64,000 bases of DNA from an uncultured virus (IMG/VR IMGVR_UViG_3300046321_000078). Lineage: Duplodnaviria; Heunggongvirae; Uroviricota; Caudoviricetes. The notes under the pieces are model-generated. The model was not told where the DNA came from and did no database searches. It worked only from the letters and a program-made list of their open reading frames with translations. The position numbers and the translations under genes were made by a program. Positions 1-8,599 of the stretch are shown here, one piece after another. Numbering within the stretch: the stretch's first letter is position 1; each line of letters opens with the position of its first letter. The stretch is taken from IMG/VR virus record IMGVR_UViG_3300046321_000078; one strand, given 5' to 3'.

Positions 1-1018
1 TAACTACACAGTCTACCATATAAGAAGGATCTTTTGAACTAGAGCTTAATAAACTATTTAAAAAGCCTTGGCTTAAATCTTTTGGGATAACTGTTAAAAA
101 GTTGCGAGCATTATCAAACTGATCAGGCTTCATTTTTTTATAGTTAGTAGCTAAGTAATCCGATAAGTTATTTAAACTAGCTTGTAGTACGTCGTGACGT
201 CCAGATGTCGGATCTGTATATTTTTTTACCTTATCCAAAATCTTAGAGTACTTCTTCGTAACTTCTTCTCCAGAGAAAGGAGCTACGTCACTTTCTTTCT
301 TCCAAGTTTGGTAAGCTAAAGAATTAACCATACCAATTAATCCACCAACGCCTTCGATAACTAAATGTTCAGGCATGTCTAAGTTTAATAGTTTACCGGC
401 CATAATATTACTACGTCGAGAAGGACTTCTTTCAATAGTAAAAGTATTAAGCTTATTATTCTCTAATTTATCTTCATTTAATTGTAAGTAGTCCATGAAT
501 GAAGTACTTACGTCTTTCATAGAACGTCCGTAAGAGAAGAATTCTTCTGCTGTAGGTACTAATTTAAGATGTAAGAAGCGATCCATAAGGGCAGCGTCAA
601 AAACATTAGTGACATCGTAATCGTCTGTATTCGGATTTACAGCACTAACAACTACCCAACCTTTAGGTAAAGTATAATCACCTAACTGACGATCTAATAC
701 AAGCTGGAATACGCCTTGTAAAACATCTCGACGAGCACGATTTAATTCATCCAAGAAAAGAATACCTTTTGATTTTGGATCAGTTGGTAGCCAGTTTGGT
801 AATTTATATCGAGTCACTTCTCCTGACACGTCAGGTAAACCTAACAAGTCACCTGATTCAATTTGAGACAAACGTCGATCAATGAACTGCATGCCATTTT
901 CTTCGGCAAACTGTTTTACGACTTGGGATTTTCCAATACCGTGAAGTCCGTGAATCATCACAGAAGCGTTAACTTTGAAAGCATACGGCAAGAACTCTTT
1001 TAATTGTTTGATATTCAT
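1..1018 (-). CDS. MoxR-like AAA+ ATPase, truncated by the left window edge (not in the ORF track)
   Basis: Manual translation from ATG 1018: MNIKQLKEFLPYAFKVNASVMIHGLHGIGKSQ (Walker A), GILFLDELNRA (Walker B), DAALMDRF. Open to position 2; AGGAGA RBS upstream. Confidence 0.85.
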   Translation of the reverse strand, partial: MNIKQLKEFLPYAFKVNASVMIHGLHGIGKSQVVKQFAEENGMQFIDRRLSQIESGDLLGLPDVSGEVTRYKLPNWLPTDPKSKGILFLDELNRARRDVLQGVFQLVLDRQLGDYTLPKGWVVVSAVNPNTDDYDVTNVFDAALMDRFLHLKLVPTAEEFFSYGRSMKDVSTSFMDYLQLNEDKLENNKLNTFTIERSPSRRSNIMAGKLLNLDMPEHLVIEGVGGLIGMVNSLAYQTWKKESDVAPFSGEEVTKKYSKILDKVKKYTDPTSGRHDVLQASLNNLSDYLATNYKKMKPDQFDNARNFLTVIPKDLSQGFLNSLLSSSSKDPSYMVDCVV

Positions 1019-1057
1019 TATTTATTCTCCTATTAGTAATGAATTGGTTGTTTTATT

Positions 1058-1086
1058 AATATATAACAGTAATATTCAGATGTCAA
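1058..1086 (-). promoter_or_regulatory. sigma70-type promoter TTGACA-17-TATATT
   Basis: Near-consensus elements with 17-bp spacer upstream of the AAA ATPase. Confidence 0.75.
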
Positions 1087-1089
1087 CTA

Positions 1090-1302
1090 TTATTTTTTTA
1101 AATATTCCTCAATATAATCATCAGCTTCCATACCACAATCAATTATAGTTTTATTTGCGTTCTCAACACAAGCATAGCGATAAGCAGCATAAACTTCAGT
1201 TTTCATGTGAAAATACTGACTATCTACTGCAATATTAGCTTGAATCAGTAGGAATACTAATGTTCCACAAGTCACTACTAAAAGTGATGTAAATAAATTC
1301 AT
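1090..1302 (-). CDS. small membrane-anchored hypothetical protein
   Basis: N-terminal hydrophobic helix; AGGAGA RBS. Confidence 0.6.
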   Translation of the reverse strand: MNLFTSLLVVTCGTLVFLLIQANIAVDSQYFHMKTEVYAAYRYACVENANKTIIDCGMEADDYIEEYLKK

Positions 1303-1311
1303 AATTGTCTC

Positions 1312-3714
1312 CTAGTTAAAGTTTTTTTGTCCAGTATAATTTGAAGTTACTCCAGCATCTTTTTGTTTTTTAAATAAGTCTTTAGGATTTTTAATTACTA
1401 AAGCATTAATCAAAACCTGATCAACATGATCTACTAAAATGATTTTTAATTTCTTTAAAATCTCCTTTGGAATGTCAGCTAAATCTTCTTCGTTTTCTTT
1501 TGGGCAGATGATAGTTTTAATTCCACCACGTTGAGCAGCTAAAATCTTCTCCTTTAATCCACCAATTGGTAATACTTTACCACGTAATGAAATTTCACCA
1601 GTCATTGATAATGTCCGCCTAACTGGAATATTTAATAATGCAGATACGATTGATGTCGTAAGAGCAATACCAGCAGAAGGTCCATCTTTAGGTGTTGATC
1701 CATCTGGAAAGTGGATGTGAATATCTACGTCACTAAATTTTTCTTTTGCTAATCCAAACAATGGTCCCCGAGATCGGACGTAAGACATAGCCGCAGAGCA
1801 TGACTCTTTCATCACATCCCCCAATTGACCCGTTACCGTGAACTTACCGCTTCCAGGAACCGCGCTGACTTCAACAGCTAGCAGATCTCCACCGACTTCA
1901 GTCCATGCCATACCATTTGTCAGACCAATTTCATCTTGCTTTTCAATCTCACCGTGTTTATTTTTATGAGGACCAATTAACTCGATAATTTTTTTAGGAG
2001 TAATGGTGTATTTTGCTTTTTTAAACTTAGTAATAGAGTTAGACATTACAATATCTTTCGCTACTTTACGAAATACATTAGCGAACTGACGCTCTAAATT
2101 ACGAACTCCAGACTCTCTTGTGTAATATCGAACAACATCTAAAATAGCAGAGTCTTCGATTGTGATTTTAAAGTCTTTTAATCCATGATTCTCAATTTGC
2201 TTAGGGACTAAATACTTCTTAGCAATCTGAAATTTCTCTTGTTCAATATAACCTTCTAAATTAATAATTTCCATTCTATCCAACAAAGGACGTGGAACAT
2301 TACTAAGATCATTAGCTGTTGCTATAAACATAACATTAGATAAGTCATACTCAACTTCTAAGAAGTGATCAACAAACGTAGCATTTTGTTCCGGATCTAA
2401 TACTTCAAGCATAGCTGAGGCTGGATCTCCTCGTTGATCTGAGGACATCTTATCAATTTCGTCTAATAAAATAACAGGATTATTTGTATTTACTTTCTTT
2501 AATGCTTGTAAAATCTTACCAGGCATAGCACCTACGTATGTTTTACGATGACCGCGAATTTCAGCTTCATCACGCACTCCGCCTAAAGAGATTCTAGTGA
2601 AGGGTCTATTTAACGATGCGGCAATAGAACGCGCTAACGTCGATTTACCAACCCCAGGAGGACCGGCTAAACAGATGATGGAGCCCTTCATATTCTTTGA
2701 TAATGATAATACAGCCAAATACTCCAAGATACGATCTTTAACCTTATCCAAACCAAAGTGATCATCATCCAATATCTTCTTAGCATTCGGTACGTCATGA
2801 CGATCTTCAGAATATGACAACCACGGTAATGATAATACGTTATCAATGTAGTTTCTCACTACACCAGACTCTGCTGACATAGGAGACATTGACTTTAGTT
2901 TCTTGATTTCTTTGTTTACTCGATCTTTTACAGCTTGAGGCATGTTTTTTTCTTTACAAGCCTTAGTCAAGTCCTCAATTTCAGAAACTCCGTCATCTTT
3001 ATCACCAAGTTCTTTTTGAATAGCACTCATCTGTTCATTTAAGTAGTATTCTTTCTGAGACTTTTCCATTTGCTTCTTAACTCTGTTGCTAATCTTCTTC
3101 TCAACCTCAAGAATTTCCACTTCATTTGCGATTAGCTTGATTAATTTTTCTAATCTAACAGAAGTATCCATGATTTCTAACACTTCCTGCTTTTCTTCTA
3201 ACTTTAAAGTCAAGTTAGAAGCAATGACGTCGGCCAACTCACCAGCGGAGTCCGCAGTTGCCACTCTCATTAGGATTTCTGTTGGAAGTTTTGTGTTTAA
3301 TTTGACATAAGAATCTACAATACCTTTAGCTGATCTAATTAAGGCTGAAGATTCTACAATAGTTGAATTTTTCTCTGTGATCACTTCAAAATCTACAACA
3401 AAGTGTGTAGAGTTAGGTACGAATTTCTTAATTTTAATGCGACTTTTACCTTCCACCAATACTTTTACTGTTCCATCAGGTAATCGAACAAGTTGGACAA
3501 TAGAACATAAAGTTCCTACAGAATAAATGTCTTTTTCGTCTGGATTGTTGTTTTTAGCGTCTTTTTGTGCAGCCAGAACAATGTCAGTTTGTTTACTCAT
3601 GGCATATTCTAAAGCACTGATGCTTTTCTCTCTACCAACAAATAAAGATAGTGTTGTGTGTGGAAATATGATGAGATCTCGTAACGGAAGAAGTGGAAGT
3701 TTTGTATTTGACAT
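1312..3714 (-). CDS. lon: ATP-dependent Lon protease (LonA), full length
   Basis: LPLLPLRD N-domain, Walker A GPPGVGKS, Walker B ILLDEIDK, catalytic KDGPSAG (Ser) and GGLKEK (Lys). Start moved to ATG 3714 after the AGGAGA RBS. Confidence 0.97.
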   Translation of the reverse strand: MSNTKLPLLPLRDLIIFPHTTLSLFVGREKSISALEYAMSKQTDIVLAAQKDAKNNNPDEKDIYSVGTLCSIVQLVRLPDGTVKVLVEGKSRIKIKKFVPNSTHFVVDFEVITEKNSTIVESSALIRSAKGIVDSYVKLNTKLPTEILMRVATADSAGELADVIASNLTLKLEEKQEVLEIMDTSVRLEKLIKLIANEVEILEVEKKISNRVKKQMEKSQKEYYLNEQMSAIQKELGDKDDGVSEIEDLTKACKEKNMPQAVKDRVNKEIKKLKSMSPMSAESGVVRNYIDNVLSLPWLSYSEDRHDVPNAKKILDDDHFGLDKVKDRILEYLAVLSLSKNMKGSIICLAGPPGVGKSTLARSIAASLNRPFTRISLGGVRDEAEIRGHRKTYVGAMPGKILQALKKVNTNNPVILLDEIDKMSSDQRGDPASAMLEVLDPEQNATFVDHFLEVEYDLSNVMFIATANDLSNVPRPLLDRMEIINLEGYIEQEKFQIAKKYLVPKQIENHGLKDFKITIEDSAILDVVRYYTRESGVRNLERQFANVFRKVAKDIVMSNSITKFKKAKYTITPKKIIELIGPHKNKHGEIEKQDEIGLTNGMAWTEVGGDLLAVEVSAVPGSGKFTVTGQLGDVMKESCSAAMSYVRSRGPLFGLAKEKFSDVDIHIHFPDGSTPKDGPSAGIALTTSIVSALLNIPVRRTLSMTGEISLRGKVLPIGGLKEKILAAQRGGIKTIICPKENEEDLADIPKEILKKLKIILVDHVDQVLINALVIKNPKDLFKKQKDAGVTSNYTGQKNFN

Positions 3715-3735
3715 TGTATATCTCCTATTTAATTT

Positions 3736-3764
3736 AATGTACCACATTATTTTTGGAATGTAAA
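3736..3764 (-). promoter_or_regulatory. sigma70-type promoter TTTACA-17-TACATT for lon
   Basis: 17-bp spacer, TG upstream of -10. Confidence 0.6.
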
Positions 3765-3773
3765 GCTTTTATT

Positions 3774-3944
3774 TTAAAGTTTTCCTAAATATACTAAATT
3801 ATAATCTCCTGGATAAGTAGGCTAGTCAGACCAGCTAATATATGAAAATACAATTTCATCTGATACATAATCATAATACACGTAATCTAGACTAAGTCGC
3901 ATTTGCTCGTCTAGTAAAACAGAAGCTGTAGATTTATAATTCAC
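3774..3944 (-). pseudogene. 56-codon small gene with an in-frame TAG at 3822-3824
   Basis: Reads VNYKST...ISWSD*PTYPGDYNLVYLGKL; the C-terminus resembles YLGEL of 55770..55994. Confidence 0.45.
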
Positions 3945-4063
3945 TTAGTCCGCCAAAAGCTAAAACGACTACAACCACTTCTACTAACGGCCTTAGTATT
4001 GGAAATAGCAGGAATAAGATTAGGGGAGACATTAGTAAGATGGGTAGTATTTTTTTCATTTTA

Positions 4064-4273
4064 CTATCCTATTAAATTATGTTTAAGGTTATAGCTTATC
4101 TCTTTTACCATCGCTATAATAGCTACAGAGAACAGGCTTGTAGTAAGTATTGCCAATATAACCGCAAAATAAAAGTGTCCAGACTCATATGCTATGTATG
4201 GGATTACAAATGCACCAAGCAGTATTAATAGTATCTGAAGACTAACTAAGGATATTACAAAAAACTTTTTCAT
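4064..4273 (-). CDS. small two-TM membrane protein
   Basis: Two hydrophobic segments; packed operon. Confidence 0.55.
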   Translation of the reverse strand: MKKFFVISLVSLQILLILLGAFVIPYIAYESGHFYFAVILAILTTSLFSVAIIAMVKEISYNLKHNLIG

Positions 4274-4280
4274 TTTACAC

Positions 4281-4670
4281 CTATTTACTTTTCTTATATA
4301 CTACAACTTCTAAATCTGACAGTCTAGCTTTTATACTAAACATATCACAATTGTCACTAAATCCTTGTTTTTTCATGGCTTCCTCAAATATATCTACTGA
4401 ATAAGCTTCTATAATTATGTGTTTTTGAGGAAATACTAAGTGTTGACCTGAATGTATTGCGATAAAATTGGCTTCGTCTTTTGCTATTGTATATAAGTTA
4501 TAAGCAACCTTACTTATAGTTATTACCTTATACTGATAGTCCTGAGACACTTCAACTATTTTATAGTTTTTATTACAGGCGTACTCATACTCACTTGAAA
4601 GTTTTTGCGGCTTATCAGCTTCTTTTGAGCAAGAGCAGATTAGTAAGATTACTGGTAATAAATATTTCAT
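4281..4670 (-). CDS. putative lipoprotein
   Basis: MKYLLPVILLICSC, a lipobox-like signal. Confidence 0.55.
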   Translation of the reverse strand: MKYLLPVILLICSCSKEADKPQKLSSEYEYACNKNYKIVEVSQDYQYKVITISKVAYNLYTIAKDEANFIAIHSGQHLVFPQKHIIIEAYSVDIFEEAMKKQGFSDNCDMFSIKARLSDLEVVVYKKSK

Positions 4671-4924
4671 TTTAAAAACTCCTCAAATTTGTTTAATGCG
4701 TCGTCTGCTGGATATGTCTCTGCGTAGCCAAAACCTTTGTATTTTTTCAAAGCATCAACCATTTCCAAAAGAAGCGGAGCTAATATTTCATTAGCAGAAT
4801 ACTTTGATGCAATACGAGCAATCATTCTGTCGCCATCATCACAAGAATCTGTGAATCTTTGTTCAACATATTCGTTGCACGTTTTCTCAATCTTACTTTC
4901 CAGCCGTTGTTTTGTGGTGGTCAT
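4667..4924 (-). CDS. hypothetical protein
   Basis: 4-nt overlap with the downstream gene. Confidence 0.55.
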   Translation of the reverse strand: MTTTKQRLESKIEKTCNEYVEQRFTDSCDDGDRMIARIASKYSANEILAPLLLEMVDALKKYKGFGYAETYPADDALNKFEEFLK

Positions 4925-5081
4925 AAATCACCTATATAAATAAATCTTTTAACATAATCTAGACTGCAATTTACTGTTCCACCAAAGGGTAAGTCATTAA
5001 ACATAAATTTTCTAAAGTTTGTCATGCTTGACATTCCTAAATATATGAGGATTTCATTTTCTTCTGCGTTATAATATATTT

Positions 5082-5300
5082 TCATACACACCCCAATTTA
5101 ATTTTTATTTGTTTGATTGCTTTGTATGCTCTTATCTCAGCTATAGAAGCATCGCACATCAGTCCATTTTCAGATTCAATTTCACTCAGCGCACTCACGG
5201 CAATTTCAAACGCATCAATGAGTGAAAAAAATTCGTCGTTGTCAATACCATGATAAACATATTCGTATTTCAAATTTTTTAATTTATCTTGTAGGTTCAT
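5082..5300 (-). CDS. hypothetical protein
   Basis: In a packed early gene array. Confidence 0.5.
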   Translation of the reverse strand: MNLQDKLKNLKYEYVYHGIDNDEFFSLIDAFEIAVSALSEIESENGLMCDASIAEIRAYKAIKQIKIKLGCV

Positions 5301-5465
5301 TTTAAAACCTTGTTTGCTTTTAAAATTAATCCAAGATAGTCATATATTTTCTTACAGCTTTTTAAATCATCTCTGTCTAAGAACATTATCATCTGCCCCT
5401 CGTGCTCAAGTCTAAAATAAAATCCAATAAAAGCTAGTACTGGAATAATACAAATTAAAAACATT

Positions 5466-5654
5466 CTACTTTTCCATTTCCATACGTATAAGTATAGATA
5501 CGATAAAGATAAGGAAAGTTATAACTATACTAAACATTTGACATTCTTTGGGATTAGTAGAAAATAGAGATAGCGATAAGTATATTCCACATAGAAAAAG
5601 ACCTATAATTAGAAATATAATTAAGGAAGTAATCATAGCCGCTATATATTTCAT
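5466..5654 (-). CDS. small two-TM membrane protein
   Basis: Hydrophobic; start/stop overlap. Confidence 0.5.
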   Translation of the reverse strand: MKYIAAMITSLIIFLIIGLFLCGIYLSLSLFSTNPKECQMFSIVITFLIFIVSILIRMEMEK

Positions 5655-5941
5655 TACTTATCTCCAGCAGTTTCGTAGTTATTGGGGTTTGAACAAATAT
5701 CTATGACTTCTAATCCTCGCTCTTCTCCAGGATAAACATTCTTAGTGAGAGTTCTATAACAAATCTTAGCTGCTAACTTAAAACCTTGGTATTTGTCAGC
5801 AGCATTTACTTTTACTACAGTATTCTCTTTGTACTTAAATTCGTATGTTGCCGCTTTTGCTGGTGACGCCAGTGTGAACATTAGAATAATAAAAGCTCCC
5901 CAACCCAATGATATTAAAAATGCTACTGTAAGTTCTTTCAT
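5654..5941 (-). CDS. secreted hypothetical protein
   Basis: Signal peptide with AKA cleavage-like site; two Cys. Confidence 0.55.
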   Translation of the reverse strand: MKELTVAFLISLGWGAFIILMFTLASPAKAATYEFKYKENTVVKVNAADKYQGFKLAAKICYRTLTKNVYPGEERGLEVIDICSNPNNYETAGDK

Positions 5942-6261
5942 TATCGTTTCCCCTTTTTAATTTTGTCAATCTTACGTTTTAATTTAAAATTACGAGCAAT
6001 AGCCTTTTTAAAAGCAAGAGTTAAAGGTGTTGTATCAAATGTAAATTCAATACCATTAACATTCTTTAGTTTACCAAATTTATCATAGTTAAATGCTAAA
6101 TTAAAGTCATTATTTCTAGAACTAAAAGGAGATACAGATCTTCCGTCTAACCTACCAGAAACTAATATTCTAGTATCTTCCCTGTAATCATCTAGTCGGA
6201 TATCTTCAGGATAATCCTCAATATACTTAATTATATGGTACATTAATTCTTCATCGAACAT
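5941..6261 (-). CDS. hypothetical protein
   Basis: GGAGG RBS; overlap coupling. Confidence 0.6.
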   Translation of the reverse strand: MFDEELMYHIIKYIEDYPEDIRLDDYREDTRILVSGRLDGRSVSPFSSRNNDFNLAFNYDKFGKLKNVNGIEFTFDTTPLTLAFKKAIARNFKLKRKIDKIKKGKR

Positions 6262-6269
6262 AAAACCTC

Positions 6270-6482
6270 CTAGATGGGTACATAGTACATTATTTGATCT
6301 TTTGGTACATGGAATTCACCACTTATACCTATACTAACATACCTTCCACCATTTGTCAACTTAAACCATGTAACAATTAAATCTGCCCCATAACTATTCT
6401 CAGATAGGATCTGATCTACAGTAAAAGCTACGTCTTCATCTTTAAAAAGGTTTTTATACATATCATCTTTACGAAAATTCAT
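6270..6482 (-). CDS. hypothetical protein
   Basis: Packed array. Confidence 0.5.
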   Translation of the reverse strand: MNFRKDDMYKNLFKDEDVAFTVDQILSENSYGADLIVTWFKLTNGGRYVSIGISGEFHVPKDQIMYYVPI

Positions 6483-6483
6483 A

Positions 6484-7062
6484 TTAATCCCAAAATTCCA
6501 AATAATGATTGTACATTATTTTAAAGAAGATCTTTTTATACCGCTTCTTCATTCTCTTCTCGTACTTAATAGCTTCTCTAGTTTGTTCCTTGACTGCAAG
6601 CTCGAGGATAGGTCCTATCGGTGTTTTAGTACCTTTAAATACCTTTACTAAATACTGCTGATCCATGTCATACTCGAATTTTACAACAAAATGTCTTCGG
6701 TCATATTCACAAGCAAAGTCATACCTGTGCCATTGTTTTAAGGCTTTACTAGCAACTCGCATACGTTTAGCATTTATATCACTACTTTCTGCATGTCCGC
6801 ATTTAATAAAGTATTCAGACATAGTTTCTAGCTTGTATGTAATCAGATTAGAAATATATTCACTATCATAGTCTTCATCATTCCATCCAAGTTTGATAAA
6901 GTCAAGCAATTTCTTAGCTCTATAGACAAATCTTTTAATGTCATATTTAATAGTATATGGTAGTTCTTTTACATCTTCAATAAGATCTGTTAGATATTCT
7001 TTAATCTTAACTGAAAGTGGTCTAGCTTTTCTTTTTGCTATTATTTCTGCAAGTAATCCCAT
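6484..7062 (-). CDS. phage hypothetical protein
   Basis: 192 aa; GAGG RBS. Confidence 0.6.
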   Translation of the reverse strand: MGLLAEIIAKRKARPLSVKIKEYLTDLIEDVKELPYTIKYDIKRFVYRAKKLLDFIKLGWNDEDYDSEYISNLITYKLETMSEYFIKCGHAESSDINAKRMRVASKALKQWHRYDFACEYDRRHFVVKFEYDMDQQYLVKVFKGTKTPIGPILELAVKEQTREAIKYEKRMKKRYKKIFFKIMYNHYLEFWD

Positions 7063-7292
7063 TTAGCACCTCTCAGGGGTAGATTGTTATCTAGTACTTC
7101 TTTATAATTATTACACGCCTGCCAACCTTTGTCAAGAAATACTTTCATCATAGGTATCTTCAGGCATTCATTATCAATTTGATACGAAGAGTTCTGACCT
7201 AAGTTCCAAGCATAGCAGAAATAGTCCATATCATCAGATGCGAATATTTCGTAACATACGTCCATACTGTTTTCATGTTTAATAAACTTCAT
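7041..7292 (-). CDS. hypothetical protein
   Basis: Packed array. Confidence 0.5.
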   Translation of the reverse strand: MKFIKHENSMDVCYEIFASDDMDYFCYAWNLGQNSSYQIDNECLKIPMMKVFLDKGWQACNNYKEVLDNNLPLRGAKWDYLQK

Positions 7293-7540
7293 TTGTTTCT
7301 CTCTTTATTATTCTTTAATTCAATAGATCTTCTTTGCAGTAATTCAACTATCGGATCAGTATTACCACGCTCCACAAGCTCACTAGGACGTGCTTTCTTT
7401 AAGTTAGCATTCTCTTTGTTGTACCAGGATAATATCTTCTTATAAGACCAACCAAATGCATCCATAGCCATAACTATGATTTCTTCTTGAGATAATCCAC
7501 CATCGTATTCCAGTTTATTCTTTCTTTTTGGCAAAATCAT
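7289..7540 (-). CDS. orphan MbcA/ParS/Xre antitoxin C-terminal-like (DUF2384-like) protein
   Basis: AMDAFG...ILSWYNKENANLKKARPSELVERGNTDPIVELL fits the A..FG..W....N..L....P.EL...G....V..LL pattern. Confidence 0.65.
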   Translation of the reverse strand: MILPKRKNKLEYDGGLSQEEIIVMAMDAFGWSYKKILSWYNKENANLKKARPSELVERGNTDPIVELLQRRSIELKNNKERNK

Positions 7541-7850
7541 ACCTCAATCGTAAATAAAATCCTACAAACCAACCTAACATAGAATAGTAAGCATGTCTAG
7601 CTTTATTTTTACGTAGTCTTTGTATAGTAATTTCGGTCCATAGAGGATTACCGAATCTTTGAAATCCATTGTCAGCTTGCCATGAACCTATAAATATATA
7701 TCTGTCATCAGATTCGAGAAATGGAAAACAATTATCCATATCATCATAATAAGTGCTTACGAAGTGCTTAACTGCCGTATCTTCTTCTTTTTTAGCAAGA
7801 TATAAACCTGTGTATTGATATATTTTAGCTTTTAATTTTAATAGGGTCAT
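7515..7850 (-). CDS. hypothetical protein
   Basis: Packed array. Confidence 0.5.
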   Translation of the reverse strand: MTLLKLKAKIYQYTGLYLAKKEEDTAVKHFVSTYYDDMDNCFPFLESDDRYIFIGSWQADNGFQRFGNPLWTEITIQRLRKNKARHAYYSMLGWFVGFYLRLRYDFAKKKE

Positions 7851-8599
7851 TTAGATACCTTAACAACAAAATTATGATAAATATTAGTAATAAGTTCTTT
7901 GAAAAATTCAATAGAGTATGTATGTTTTGCTATGTTGCAGCTTCTACAGCAAGGTACTACGTTTTCAGTTAAGTAACCGATATCATTATTTACTCGATCA
8001 ATTCCATTATAAATTAATACTTTTTCTCCAGAAACACGCCTATCTGTTTTTACATTTTTAGGAACTGATCCGCAATAATGACAATTTTGTTTTATAAGTT
8101 CTTTAAATTCATCAAAAGTTAATTCAAAAGGATAACCTCGGTCTCTTTTATACCCAGCAAAAAGATTTCTCATGACAGGCTCTAACCCTCTCTCAACACA
8201 CTTAGAGTTTTGTTTAGAGAAATTATAACATCCGCAACTTTTTATTTTGCCAACTTTTATATCGCTTCCTTGGGTTATGATAGTTCCACCACAATCACAA
8301 GTTGATTCATATATATTATTCTTGTAATTATCTTTACCTAAGTATTTAGAAACTGTGAGATGGTTATATTTGTTTCCAGTTAAATCAATAAAATGAGTCT
8401 TCTTTAAACACCCGCAAGATTTTGTAGAAGTTCCGTTCTTTTTGCTACCTTTCAAACTAGCTTTAGCTACTGAACACTTATTACCACAGTCGCAAATGCA
8501 ATTTACTTTTATTTTAAAGCCTCTGGAATCCAGTTCTTCACAGTCTGATACTACCATAAGTTTACCAAATCTTAGACCATCTAAACGTTCTCTTTTCAT
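7847..8599 (-). CDS. HNH-family homing endonuclease with repeated CDCG/SCGC domains
   Basis: Two CDCG...KSCGC repeats; CHYCG...GIDRVNNDIGY...NVVPCCRSCNIAK. Confidence 0.85.
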   Translation of the reverse strand: MKRERLDGLRFGKLMVVSDCEELDSRGFKIKVNCICDCGNKCSVAKASLKGSKKNGTSTKSCGCLKKTHFIDLTGNKYNHLTVSKYLGKDNYKNNIYESTCDCGGTIITQGSDIKVGKIKSCGCYNFSKQNSKCVERGLEPVMRNLFAGYKRDRGYPFELTFDEFKELIKQNCHYCGSVPKNVKTDRRVSGEKVLIYNGIDRVNNDIGYLTENVVPCCRSCNIAKHTYSIEFFKELITNIYHNFVVKVSK

